From: an uncultured Candidatus Saccharibacteria bacterium
GTDB lineage: Bacteria; Patescibacteriota; Minisyncoccia; Phycocordibacterales; JACOZG01
Length of the DNA stretch: 64,000 nt
Direction: 5' to 3'
Assembly (NCBI GenBank): GCA_964648765.1
Contig: CAZYLF010000001.1
Span: 165,797-229,796, forward strand
Of the stretch, positions 38,497-48,383 are shown one piece after another. Under the pieces are notes generated by a model. The model ran no database searches and had not been told where the DNA came from. It saw only the letters and a list, made by a program, of their open reading frames with translations. Made by a program: the position numbers and the translations under genes. The stretch's first letter is position 1. The number at the start of each line of letters is the position of its first letter.

Positions 38497-39155
38497 TCAG
38501 AAATTCTAAGGAATACGTCATCGCAGTTGTAAAGTCCTAATCCGATATTATCTTTACCGTATGACGCCAAGACAGCGAGACTTGGATGGTTACCGTCGCA
38601 GGTGCCATCCGTAGCGTTTTTAAATGGATCAAGCGGACAATCATAAGTATTATTTCCGCACCCAGATCCTATTGAAGATCTATTAACGTAAGCTGGATAA
38701 TCTGCGTCAAAAAAATATACCATGCCCCATGGATCAACTGGAGTATTCATATATGGGCCTTTCCATCTCCCGTTCAGATCACTAGCTCTCCATCTGCAGG
38801 AATTTGCATTTGGTCCGGTGCAGTTTGGGAAACCCACCTCACAATCTGTTGTGCCTGGGCTGTTGCAAGTACAGGGTGATGGTTGTACAAATATTCCTGA
38901 TAGAGGGTCATCTACTGGAATTTCTGATGTTAAACCACTGACTACTTTGTATGGTTCACATCCAAATGGCCACTTACCTGTGTCAAACGCAAGAAGGGAA
39001 ATTGCGTTACGTAATTGAATCAAATCTGATTTAGCTCGCGCTACTTTGGCCTTTTCTCTTGATTCACCGAGAGAAGCGAGAATAATAGAAGACAAAAGTG
39101 AGATGATAGAAATTACCACCAAGAGTTCAATTAGGGTAAATCCTCTGCGTTTCAT
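38493..39155 (-). CDS. Type IV pilin / GspG-like pseudopilin, Cys-rich
   Basis: [11 protein letters not shown]; WKGPYM...DPWG; start at ATG 39155. Confidence 0.85.
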   Translation of the reverse strand: MKRRGFTLIELLVVISIISLLSSIILASLGESREKAKVARAKSDLIQLRNAISLLAFDTGKWPFGCEPYKVVSGLTSEIPVDDPLSGIFVQPSPCTCNSPGTTDCEVGFPNCTGPNANSCRWRASDLNGRWKGPYMNTPVDPWGMVYFFDADYPAYVNRSSIGSGCGNNTYDCPLDPFKNATDGTCDGNHPSLAVLASYGKDNIGLGLYNCDDVFLRISD

Positions 39156-39162
39156 TTTTTTA

Positions 39163-39840
39163 TTATACCAAAATTTTTTCGGCTGCGAGCAGATCTTCAG
39201 GTGTGGCAATTGGATGCCAGAAGTCCGAGATCACCGCTCGCACTTCGTGCTCGCGGGCAAGTTCAGCGATCATCTCCGTTAAATAAATCTCGCCGTTTTT
39301 CTCTGTCGGCATCGGCATGTTGAAGATTCGATCATCCAGCACATACACGCCCACCGCTGCTAGATTACTTTTAGGCTCTTCGGGCTTCTCTTCAATCCCA
39401 ATAACTCGGTGATTATAGTCGTGTTCCACAATACCAAATTGCTCGGGCGTGGAAGTCTCTTTAGTTACAATTGCGAGCGGATGCTCCAAAGCTGATTTAA
39501 GGGAGTTAGCGCTGTGGAGATCGTCGGCAAAAAGGAGTAAAAATTTTTCTCCTGCTTTAATAAATGGTTGGCAAAGTAAGGTGGCATAGGCGGTGCCACG
39601 TGGCTCGCATTGTTCAATATAATTAATTTTTTTTGCTTGATACTCCTCGCCAAAGTGATCTTTAATCATCTCGCCCAGGTAGCCAGTAACGATAATTAAT
39701 TCATCAATTTCTGGCGGTAGGATGTCTATAATGTGAGCTAAGAGTGGTTTACCTTTGAGTAGCACCATCGGTTTGGGGCGATCAAGTGTGAGAGGACGCA
39801 GTCTCTTCCCCAACCCCGCCGCCAAAATAATCGCTTTCAT
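39163..39840 (-). CDS. Sugar-phosphate nucleotidyltransferase
   Basis: AIILAAGLGKRLRPLT..PKP, EEKP, GEIYLT. Confidence 0.9.
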   Translation of the reverse strand: MKAIILAAGLGKRLRPLTLDRPKPMVLLKGKPLLAHIIDILPPEIDELIIVTGYLGEMIKDHFGEEYQAKKINYIEQCEPRGTAYATLLCQPFIKAGEKFLLLFADDLHSANSLKSALEHPLAIVTKETSTPEQFGIVEHDYNHRVIGIEEKPEEPKSNLAAVGVYVLDDRIFNMPMPTEKNGEIYLTEMIAELAREHEVRAVISDFWHPIATPEDLLAAEKILV

Positions 39841-39846
39841 AAAAAA

Positions 39847-39935
39847 CGGAGAGGGAGGGATTCGAACCCTCGAACCAGTTTTACCCAGTTAGCATCTTAG
39901 CAGGATGCTGCTTTCGACCGCTCAGCCACCTCTCC
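39847..39935 (-). tRNA. tRNA-Ser(GCU)
   Basis: GGAGAGG acceptor stem, GCATC-CTGCTAA-GATGC, long variable arm, TTCGAAT, G73. Confidence 0.93.
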
Positions 39936-39976
39936 AATGCTCATTAAGCTACCACATTTATCATTAATTTCAAAAA

Positions 39977-40651
39977 TTATCCAGAGGCTATGGCGAGCGG
40001 GAGCACTGAGTGGGCGCCGGCGGCGCGGAGGGTTTTGCGACATTCAGTGAGAGTAGCGCCGGTGGTGGCCACATCGTCGATTAATATGATGTCGCGATCT
40101 TTAATTTTTTCTGGCCGACTTACCTTAAACGCGCCATGTAGATTTTTAAGTCTTGCCTCACGATTTTTAAGTGATACTTGAGTGGGAGTATTTTTAACTT
40201 TTACTAAAACATCAGTAAGTATTTCAAAATTTTGTTGATCACCATCACAAAAAGCTTTAGCTAAAAGTTCTGCTTGATTAAATCCGCGTGCACGCTCTCG
40301 CGAGCGGGCAAGTGGCACGGGGATAATTAAAATTTTCTCATCTCTTCCATTCCACATTTTACGCTCAGCCAAATCCTCAATTAAATGCGCATAGGCTGTT
40401 CGACCTAAAATTTGTGCAATTTCTCGCCGTCCATGATATTTAAGTTGCCAGATTAATTTTTTTAAAACTTTGTCGTGATAATTAAAGAGTGCGACTACGC
40501 CTTTAGTGACTTCAGTGCGGTCGGCAAGATCAATATTATTAAGGCAATCACTGCAAATATAAGTTTCCAGCTTTTTACACCCCGCACAACGTTTAGGAAA
40601 GATTAAATTAAGAATCTTTCTGTGGATAAGTTTGAGTTTGAGTAAAATCAT
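39977..40651 (-). CDS. comF: Competence protein ComF (phosphoribosyltransferase fold)
   Basis: N-terminal CxxC..CxxC, IPVPL...RGFNQAE, LIDDVATTGATL. Confidence 0.92.
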   Translation of the reverse strand: MILLKLKLIHRKILNLIFPKRCAGCKKLETYICSDCLNNIDLADRTEVTKGVVALFNYHDKVLKKLIWQLKYHGRREIAQILGRTAYAHLIEDLAERKMWNGRDEKILIIPVPLARSRERARGFNQAELLAKAFCDGDQQNFEILTDVLVKVKNTPTQVSLKNREARLKNLHGAFKVSRPEKIKDRDIILIDDVATTGATLTECRKTLRAAGAHSVLPLAIASG

Positions 40652-40697
40652 TGTGGATTTTCTATGTTATACTTTACGTTAACAGAATATACATGTC

Positions 40698-41816
40698 ATG
40701 TTCAATCCATTCGAGAAATTGTGGGGCGGCGGTAAGCTAGTTCTTTGGCAAAAAAAAGATAATAAAGTATTAGGTATTGATATCGGGCATTCCTCGGCTA
40801 AAGTAGTGCAACTTAAAAAGGAGCACGGCCGGGTGATCCTTGAGACCTATGGTGAGATTGCTCTTGGTCCATATGGTGACTTGGCTGTAGGTCAAGTGGC
40901 TAGCTTGGCACCAGCTAAAACACAAGAGATGCTCAAAGATCTCTTTGGTGAGGCGAGCGTCACGGCTAAAACGGCTGCCTTCTCTATTCCGCTTGGTGCG
41001 AGCTTGCTCGTGATAATTGAGTTGCCCGAAGTGGCGGCAAATAAGCTCGATAAAATTATCCCACTTGAGGCTCGTAAATATATCCCCGTGCCAATTTCTG
41101 AAGTGGAGCTTGATTGGTGGGTAATCCCTAAGCATCAAGGTGAGGGAGTTACTAACACACCTGGCAAAAAAACTATTGAAGTGCTCGTGGTGGCTATCCA
41201 CAAAGAGGTTGTAAATCAATACAACGAAATCTCAAAGGCTTCTGGATTAAAAACAGAATTTTTTGAGATTGAAACTTTTAGTGCTATCCGCGCGGTGTAT
41301 GAAGGAGATCTTGCTCCAGTTGTAATTTTGGATATTGGAGCTGGCACTTCCAAACTTGCGGTTGTGGATTACGGGGTAGTGCGACTTTCCCACACCATTA
41401 GTAAGGGCTCGCAAGATATCACCACAGCACTTTCTCGCTCGCTTGATGTGGACTTTGCCCGGGCTGAGCAAATCAAACGCGAGGTTGGCCTAATGGAAAA
41501 GGAGACTGATGGCAAAATTGTTAGTATAATGAATACGATCACTGACTACATTTTTTCTGAAGTAAATAAAGTGATCGTGATCTATCAGCAAAAGTATCGC
41601 CGCAGCGTTTCCAAAATTGTTTTAATCGGTGGTGGCTCACTTTTGAAAGGGATACTTGAAACAGCTGGTAAAAGTTTTGAGGTACCGGTTACCTTGGGTC
41701 ATGCTTTCGGCAAAGTAGAGTACCCCGCATTTTTAGATAAAGTGCTCAAGGAGATTGGTCCAAGTTTCGCGGTGGCAGTAGGTCTTGCCTCCAGACAGCT
41801 TGAGAGATTGGAGTAA
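40698..41816 (+). CDS. pilM: Type IV pilus assembly protein PilM
   Basis: GIDIG, EARKYIP, LDIGA, LIGGGS, FAVAVGLA. Confidence 0.92.
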   Translation: MFNPFEKLWGGGKLVLWQKKDNKVLGIDIGHSSAKVVQLKKEHGRVILETYGEIALGPYGDLAVGQVASLAPAKTQEMLKDLFGEASVTAKTAAFSIPLGASLLVIIELPEVAANKLDKIIPLEARKYIPVPISEVELDWWVIPKHQGEGVTNTPGKKTIEVLVVAIHKEVVNQYNEISKASGLKTEFFEIETFSAIRAVYEGDLAPVVILDIGAGTSKLAVVDYGVVRLSHTISKGSQDITTALSRSLDVDFARAEQIKREVGLMEKETDGKIVSIMNTITDYIFSEVNKVIVIYQQKYRRSVSKIVLIGGGSLLKGILETAGKSFEVPVTLGHAFGKVEYPAFLDKVLKEIGPSFAVAVGLASRQLERLE

Positions 41817-41823
41817 AAAGTAT

Positions 41824-42450
41824 ATGCAAAATCAAACATCGTTCATTCCCAAACAAGTATTAACAAAGCAGGTTTCTAACCGACGCGAGGGCGTGGGCTT
41901 GTTTAGTGTAATTGCGGTGGTTGTCTTAATAGTTTCTTTGGGCTTTTTGGGTGCCACATATTTTTATCGTTATGTTCTTTTAGACGAGATTAACCGTGAG
42001 TGTCCAGAAACACCGTCAACGGGTGAGGATGCCCTCACCCGAGGTTGCGGTCTCTTGGCAGCACTCGCTAAGCTTGAAGAAAGTTTAAATGATGAGCAAG
42101 TTTTATTAAAACGGATTGAGCGTTTAGACAACAAGATTAAAAAAGCTAATGAAATAGTGGTTAATCACAACACTGTTTTGCCAATTTTTGATATTTTACA
42201 AAAATTGACTCTTCAAACAGTGGGTTATTCAAGTTTCTCATTTGACGGTGAGACCATTAAACTCTCTGGCAAGGCTCGTAGTTATGAAAGTATTGCACTC
42301 CAATCCCAAAAGTTTTCAGAAAATATTAATGAGGTTACTAGTTTCGTATTTTCTGGTTTAAGTGTGGGTGATGATGATAGTGTGAGTTTCCAACTTACAC
42401 TTACGATTGATCCAAACTTGTTATCATACGATAAGACAATTTCATCATGA
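41824..42450 (+). CDS. PilN-like protein
   Basis: TSFIPK N-terminus, TM helix, coiled coil, LSGKA.SY; follows pilM. Confidence 0.7.
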   Translation: MQNQTSFIPKQVLTKQVSNRREGVGLFSVIAVVVLIVSLGFLGATYFYRYVLLDEINRECPETPSTGEDALTRGCGLLAALAKLEESLNDEQVLLKRIERLDNKIKKANEIVVNHNTVLPIFDILQKLTLQTVGYSSFSFDGETIKLSGKARSYESIALQSQKFSENINEVTSFVFSGLSVGDDDSVSFQLTLTIDPNLLSYDKTISS

Positions 42451-42998
42451 CCCGGTTCCTTCTCCCATTAATCCTTATTGCCAGTGCTGTGTTTGTATTT
42501 TTTACCTTTACCGACAAGATTTGGGAGGAGATTCGTGGCCTTAAAACCCAAAAGGTGGAACTTGAGATGGGTATTAATCAAGCTAATGAGTTGCTGAGGC
42601 GTCAACAAGAATTACTTAAAATTTACAATGCTATTGCCGATGATCAAAAGGAACGTTTAGACAAATTACTGCCTGATAACATCGATAACGTCCGCTTAAT
42701 AATCGACATGAACAACATCGCCAAGTTCCATGGCATGAGTTTGCGTGGCGTGAGTGTGTCTGGTGGTGATGTGGGTACGCGGCAATCAGCAGACGCGCAG
42801 TCTGGAGAAAGTCTATTGAGTGCCGATTCTGTGGTGGTGAGCTTTTCCGTGACGGCTTCGTATGAAGCGTTTAAGGAATTTCTCTTCGATCTCTCCACTA
42901 GTTTACGGTTGCTTGATGTGGCCAGTCTCTCCATCTCCACAGGGGAGAAAAATTTGTACACCTTTAATTTGGGCCTTAAAACCTATTGGTTAAAATAA
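42447..42998 (+). CDS. pilO: PilO-like protein
   Basis: TM helix, coiled coil, LLP, ASYEAFKEFL..L..SLRL, TYW. Confidence 0.78.
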   Translation: MTRFLLPLILIASAVFVFFTFTDKIWEEIRGLKTQKVELEMGINQANELLRRQQELLKIYNAIADDQKERLDKLLPDNIDNVRLIIDMNNIAKFHGMSLRGVSVSGGDVGTRQSADAQSGESLLSADSVVVSFSVTASYEAFKEFLFDLSTSLRLLDVASLSISTGEKNLYTFNLGLKTYWLK

Positions 42999-43002
42999 AT
43001 TT

Positions 43003-43398
43003 ATGAACGGCAAACTTATTAATAACATTATCATCATCGCTTTAGTCCTTGGTCTTGGGGTGGCGGTTTACTTCTTTTTCTTTTCCGACAAAACTGATGA
43101 TACTCCATCGCTTGTTTCATCATCAGGAGAAGTTGCCGGTAGTATTGATGGTGTTGATATCACACCTAACCGACAATTTTTAGCAATTTTAAATAATCTT
43201 GAAGCGATCAAACTTGATGTTTCAATTTTCTCCAACCCCGCGTTTTTGGGTTTTAAAGATTTTAGTAAACCCCTTGATCCGGAGCCTTCAGGAAGAGAGA
43301 ATCCTTTCAAGGATTACAATCCAAACGCAATTTGGCTTGGCAGCGACGATGGTTTTGCGTCGACTTCTCGCGCCACCAGCACCTCGCCAACTCCGTAA
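43003..43398 (+). CDS. Membrane-anchored pilus-locus protein (PilP position)
   Basis: TM helix and GRENPF motif; between pilO and pilB. Confidence 0.6.
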   Translation: MNGKLINNIIIIALVLGLGVAVYFFFFSDKTDDTPSLVSSSGEVAGSIDGVDITPNRQFLAILNNLEAIKLDVSIFSNPAFLGFKDFSKPLDPEPSGRENPFKDYNPNAIWLGSDDGFASTSRATSTSPTP

Positions 43399-43412
43399 TT
43401 TAAATTTTCACT

Positions 43413-44981
43413 ATGGATAGCACAAACACCATCCCAGTAAAAAAGTTTCTGGAAAACGAAAAAGTCGCTCCAGAAATTCTTAATTATATTCCTAAAAATT
43501 CCGCTACTTACTACCAACTTTCCCCGGTTGGTTTAAAAGATGGTGTACTTGAGGTGGGTATGATTGATCCAAATAATTTGGAAGCTCGTGATGCGCTCCA
43601 ATTTATTGCTTCTAAACTTGGGATGCCGTTTAAAATCTTCTCTATCTCTAAAGCAGATTTTGATAAATTGATGGAGAGTTATGAGGGTCTTACAGGGCAA
43701 GTTTCAAAAGCTTTAGGCGATTTGAGTGAGGATATTAAAGCTGAAGAAGAGGAGATCAAAGAGATAAAGGGTGATATTAAAACCGCTCAAGCACAAATAA
43801 TTGAGGATGCCCCGGTGACCAAAATTGTGGCGGTTATTTTGCAGCATGCCACTTCCGGCAATGCTTCCGACATCCACATTGAGCCCAATGGTTCAAACGT
43901 GAAGGTGCGTTTTAGAGTTGACGGCGCTTTGTATACTAGTTTAATTTTGCCAGCTGATGTGCACGATGCGGTGGTGGCGCGTATTAAAATTCTTACCAAC
44001 ATGAAGCTCGATGAAAAGCGTAAACCCCAAGACGGACGCTTTTCCGCAAAAATTGAAACCAAAAAAATTGATTTCCGTGTTTCTACCTTACCTACTTATT
44101 TCGGTGAGAAGGTGGTGATCCGTATTCTTGATCCAGAGCGCACCAACCTAAATCTTGGCACTCTTGGTTTGAGTGAGCGTAATTTAGTGATGCTCCGCAA
44201 TGCCATCTCGCGCCCTTACGGCATGATCTTGATCACTGGCCCAACAGGTTCTGGTAAAACCACCACGCTTTACGCCATGCTCCGCGAGCTGGATCGAGAA
44301 AAAAACAACATAGTCTCTCTTGAGGATCCAGTGGAATACAACATTGAGGGCATTAACCAGTCTCAAGTGCAACCAGAAATTAATTACACCTTCGCCAACG
44401 GTTTGCGTTCAATTTTGCGCCAGGACCCTGATATTATAATGGTGGGAGAAATTCGCGATGGTGAGACAGCTAAACTTGCCATTCAGGCGGCGCTTACTGG
44501 TCACTTGGTGTTGGCAACACTTCACACCAACAACACCGCAGGGGTGGTGCCACGTTTGGTGGATATGGGCGTGGATGCATACTTAATTGCTGCCACACTT
44601 ATTTTGGCGGTGGCGCAACGTTTGGTGCCAACCCTTTGCGCTGATTCTAAAGAACCAGTACCAGTGGAAGGTGCAATTAAAATGATGATTGAGAAAGCAA
44701 TTGAGGGTGTGGATCCTAAATTCCGGAAAGATATTAAAATTCCAACCACTGTGTACCGTGGGGCTCGATCGGCCACTTGCCCAGGTGGCACCAAGGGTCG
44801 AGGTGCAGTGTTTGAGATTATGGAAATTAATCGTGAAATTGAAAAGGCAATCATGGAAAATCCAATTGAAGCCGAAATGTATAAGATCAGTAGAGCCAAC
44901 GGCTTGTTCACAATGAAGGAGGACGCCCTATTAAAAGCTTTTGAGGGGATAGTGCCCTTTGAGGAAGTGAGTAAATTGTAA
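43413..44981 (+). CDS. pilB: Type IV pilus assembly ATPase PilB/GspE
   Basis: ASDIHIEP, PQDGRF, GPTGSGKTTT, EDPVEY, LRQDPD, TGHLV..TLHTN. Confidence 0.95.
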   Translation: MDSTNTIPVKKFLENEKVAPEILNYIPKNSATYYQLSPVGLKDGVLEVGMIDPNNLEARDALQFIASKLGMPFKIFSISKADFDKLMESYEGLTGQVSKALGDLSEDIKAEEEEIKEIKGDIKTAQAQIIEDAPVTKIVAVILQHATSGNASDIHIEPNGSNVKVRFRVDGALYTSLILPADVHDAVVARIKILTNMKLDEKRKPQDGRFSAKIETKKIDFRVSTLPTYFGEKVVIRILDPERTNLNLGTLGLSERNLVMLRNAISRPYGMILITGPTGSGKTTTLYAMLRELDREKNNIVSLEDPVEYNIEGINQSQVQPEINYTFANGLRSILRQDPDIIMVGEIRDGETAKLAIQAALTGHLVLATLHTNNTAGVVPRLVDMGVDAYLIAATLILAVAQRLVPTLCADSKEPVPVEGAIKMMIEKAIEGVDPKFRKDIKIPTTVYRGARSATCPGGTKGRGAVFEIMEINREIEKAIMENPIEAEMYKISRANGLFTMKEDALLKAFEGIVPFEEVSKL

Positions 44982-44993
44982 TATAATACAAAC

Positions 44994-45398
44994 ATGATAA
45001 ATGAAGATAAGCGCAAAATTTTAATTGTAGATGACGATAAGTTTTTGCTTGATATGTATTCAATCAAGTTCACGGAGTCCGGCTTTAATATTGAGACGGC
45101 TTTTTCTGGCGCAGAAGCGCTTGAGAAGGTGAGTAAAGGTTTCCGACCTGATATATATTTGGTGGACATTATTATGCCGGCGATGGACGGCTTTGAATTG
45201 ATCCGCCAAATGAAAGCCAAAAAGGTAGATCTTGATTCGGCGGTAGTAGTGCTCTCAAACTTGGGCCAGAAAGATGATATCGAGAAGGCTTTAAGTTTGG
45301 GAGTTGATGGATACATCGTTAAAGCTAGTGCTACGCCAAGTGAGGTGGTGGCTAAAGTTATTGAAATCTTTAATAAAAAGCGCGGACAAAATAAATGA
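44994..45398 (+). CDS. Single-domain response regulator
   Basis: ILIVDDD, DIIMPAMDG, LSN, YIVK; no output domain. Confidence 0.92.
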   Translation: MINEDKRKILIVDDDKFLLDMYSIKFTESGFNIETAFSGAEALEKVSKGFRPDIYLVDIIMPAMDGFELIRQMKAKKVDLDSAVVVLSNLGQKDDIEKALSLGVDGYIVKASATPSEVVAKVIEIFNKKRGQNK

Positions 45399-46459
45399 CG
45401 GATTATAAAAAAGAGTTAGAAGATTTGGTGGTGATTGTGACCCAAGAGGGGGCTTCCGATCTCCACTTAACCGCTGGCCGGCATCCATCTATTCGTGTAT
45501 CTGGTGATCTCATTCCGATTGTTAAAAAGCCAGTTCTCACGCCTGAAGATACTTTAGGCATGGTGATGAGTGCCTTAAGTGAAGAAAATAAAGAGCTTTT
45601 TAACAAACAAAAAGACATTGATTTCTCATATAGTTTAGCTGGTGGTGTGCGCTTCCGTGGTAATGCTTTTTACCAAAAGGGCTTTGTAGGCGCGGCTTTC
45701 CGTTTAATCCCGCTCAAAGTTAAGAGTTTTTCAGAACTTAATTTACCCGATCGCTTGGCCGACTTTACTCGGCTTGAGCAGGGCTTCTTCCTTGTGGTGG
45801 GGCCGGTGGGTCACGGCAAATCTACCACGCTTGCTTCAATGATTGATATGATCAATCATGAGCGCACTGAGCATATTGTGACCATTGAGGATCCTATCGA
45901 ATACATTTTTACCAGTGACCACTCAATTATTGATCAACGTGAGGTGCGTTTTGACACCACCGATTTCCACTCAGCGCTTAAGGCGATGTTTCGCCAAGAT
46001 GTGAATGTGGCGATGGTGGGTGAGATGCGCGGACCAGAGGCAATCTCTACCACAGTTACTGCCGCAGAAACTGGTCACTTAATTTTTTCAACTTTGCACA
46101 CTAATAGCGCTGCTCAAACTATCGACCGTATTATCGATTCCTTCCCACCTAATCAACAACGACAAATTCGGGTGCAACTCGCGGGGAGCTTAATCGGAAT
46201 CTTTTCTCAACGTTTAATTCCGCGCACGGCCGGAGGTTTGGTGCCAGCTTATGAACTTCTTTTAAATAATAATGCAGTTGCCAACTTGGTACGTGAGGGT
46301 CGCACCGCTGAAATTGATGTAGTTATCGAAACGGGTTCTGATCAGGGGATGGTCGACATGAACCACTCTCTAGCCGAGCTGGTGCGCAAAGGCGAAATCA
46401 GTCAAGAAAACGCTTTTAGATTCTCCATTAACCAAAAAGGTTTGGAACGCTTATTATAA
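45395..46459 (+). CDS. pilT: Pilus retraction ATPase PilT
   Basis: ASDLHL, GHGKSTT, TIEDPIE, GEMR, AETGHL..STLHT. Confidence 0.93.
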   Translation: MTDYKKELEDLVVIVTQEGASDLHLTAGRHPSIRVSGDLIPIVKKPVLTPEDTLGMVMSALSEENKELFNKQKDIDFSYSLAGGVRFRGNAFYQKGFVGAAFRLIPLKVKSFSELNLPDRLADFTRLEQGFFLVVGPVGHGKSTTLASMIDMINHERTEHIVTIEDPIEYIFTSDHSIIDQREVRFDTTDFHSALKAMFRQDVNVAMVGEMRGPEAISTTVTAAETGHLIFSTLHTNSAAQTIDRIIDSFPPNQQRQIRVQLAGSLIGIFSQRLIPRTAGGLVPAYELLLNNNAVANLVREGRTAEIDVVIETGSDQGMVDMNHSLAELVRKGEISQENAFRFSINQKGLERLL

Positions 46460-46462
46460 TTT

Positions 46463-47668
46463 ATGATTTTTAACTATCAGGCCACTACCCAAAACGGTGA
46501 ACCACAAGCGGGTACCATTGAGGCGCCAAATGCTAATTTGGCGGTGAGCTCGCTTCAGCGCCGTGGTTTGATAATTATCGATATTAAAGCCGAGGGTGAG
46601 GGCGGGGCATTAAGTAAGCTTTTAAATTTTGGCGGTAAGGTTAAAAATAAAGATATAGTTCTTCTTTCAAGACAAATTGCTACACTCTTTGAAGCTAAAG
46701 TTTCCGCACTCTCTACTTTCCGCTTGATGGCCACCGAGTCAGACAATCCCACTATGCGCCTGGTGCTCACCGAGGTCACCGACGACATTAAAGGTGGCTT
46801 GCCAATCTCTCAAGCGATGCAGAAGCATCCTAAAGTCTTCGCCGACTTTTATGTGCACATGGTGGAGGCCGGCGAGGAGTCAGGTAAAATGTCGGAGAAC
46901 TTTTCTTATCTCGCGGATTATCTTGAGCGTTCTTATGAGCTCACTTCTAAAGCCAAAAACGCACTTATTTACCCAGCTTTTATTATTGCCACCTTCGTTT
47001 TGGTTATTGTGCTGATGATGGTGTTTGTGATCCCAAAGTTAAGTGAGATTTTAGAAGAGACTGGTCAAGAGTTACCAATTTACACCAAGGCGGTTATTTG
47101 GATCAGTGATTTCTTTGTTAATTATGGTTTGATTGCAGCATTTTTGGCTGCCATTGTGGCGGTGATTGTGCGCCGCTACATTGCCACTCAGGGTGGCAAG
47201 GTGGGCTTATCTCGTTTCAAAATTAATGTGCCTTACATTGGCCGCCTTTATCGTAAAATTTATCTCTCGCGTATCGCCGACAACCTTTCCACCATGTTAA
47301 CTTCCGGTATCTCTATGGTGCGAGCGCTTGAGATTACTTCATCTGTAGCTGGCAACCAAGTTTATGAAGAGATATTGAAAGAGGCTTCAGAGAGTATTAA
47401 GTCGGGCTCGCAAATGTCGGCCATCTTCTATAAATATCCTGAAATCCCAAATATTATGGTGCAAATGATCAAGGTGGGTGAGGAGTCGGGTAAATTAGGC
47501 TTTATTCTTCAAACTCTTTCGCGGTTCTATAAACGCGAGGTAGATAACGAAATCCGCACACTCGTAGACCTCATTGAACCAGCGATGATCGTGATGCTCG
47601 GCTTAATGGTGGGATTATTGCTTACGTCTGTATTGTTACCGATATACAATCTCGCTCAGGGAATTTAA
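46463..47668 (+). CDS. pilC: Type IV pilus platform protein PilC/GspF
   Basis: SRQIATL, GEESG twice, ALIYP, LIEP. Confidence 0.93.
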   Translation: MIFNYQATTQNGEPQAGTIEAPNANLAVSSLQRRGLIIIDIKAEGEGGALSKLLNFGGKVKNKDIVLLSRQIATLFEAKVSALSTFRLMATESDNPTMRLVLTEVTDDIKGGLPISQAMQKHPKVFADFYVHMVEAGEESGKMSENFSYLADYLERSYELTSKAKNALIYPAFIIATFVLVIVLMMVFVIPKLSEILEETGQELPIYTKAVIWISDFFVNYGLIAAFLAAIVAVIVRRYIATQGGKVGLSRFKINVPYIGRLYRKIYLSRIADNLSTMLTSGISMVRALEITSSVAGNQVYEEILKEASESIKSGSQMSAIFYKYPEIPNIMVQMIKVGEESGKLGFILQTLSRFYKREVDNEIRTLVDLIEPAMIVMLGLMVGLLLTSVLLPIYNLAQGI

Positions 47669-47789
47669 GGCTTATCCACGAGTTTTCCCCACTATATTTG
47701 CCCTTTTCGGGGGGAGGAATATAATACTCTTTGTCTAAAGTTATTTATTAGATTTATTAAAAGGTCAAAAATTAAGTTTTAAGAATTTT

Positions 47790-48260
47790 ATGAACAAAAA
47801 AGGTTTTACATTAATTGAACTCTTGGTGGTTATTGCCATCATTGGTATCTTATCCGGAATCGTACTCACTTCACTCGGTAGCGCCAGAAACAAGGCCAAA
47901 ATCGCTTCAGCTCAGTCCAGTATCTCATCGATGAGATCCCAAGCTGAGTTAGGAGTGGGAAGTGGTGGAACTTATGTCGCTAACCTTTGTGCAAGTACCG
48001 CAGCCGGTGGCCTCGATACTTTATGGGATGCAGTAAATAGTCAAATCGGGAACGCTAACACAGAGTGCGCATTTACCGGCAATGCAACTGTTGGTTCATC
48101 AAATTGGGCATTCGTAGCCAATTTTGAAGCTGTTACTGCTGGTGCTGGTTACTACTGCGCTGATTCAACTGGTTATTCTGGTTCTGTTACAGACATGGGA
48201 AATATAAATGGCAATGCGAGTGTCGGACAGAACAATAGTAGTGATGCAGTTTGTCTATAG
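47790..48260 (+). CDS. Probable major type IV pilin
   Basis: [19 protein letters not shown]; YCADS; own upstream TATAAT and downstream hairpin. Confidence 0.88.
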   Translation: MNKKGFTLIELLVVIAIIGILSGIVLTSLGSARNKAKIASAQSSISSMRSQAELGVGSGGTYVANLCASTAAGGLDTLWDAVNSQIGNANTECAFTGNATVGSSNWAFVANFEAVTAGAGYYCADSTGYSGSVTDMGNINGNASVGQNNSSDAVCL

Positions 48261-48288
48261 CCTCTTAATATTATAGGCTTATTTAACT

Positions 48289-48326
48289 AGCAAGAAACCT
48301 CGCGGCATTTCGCGGGGTTTCTTGCT
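48289..48326. terminator. Long inverted repeat after the pilin gene
   Basis: AGCAAGAAACCTCGCG...CGCGGGGTTTCTTGCT. Confidence 0.7.
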
Positions 48327-48383
48327 GTAGATGTGCATAAATGCTTAAATAGTTCATTAATTATTAAATTGGAGATTCATAAA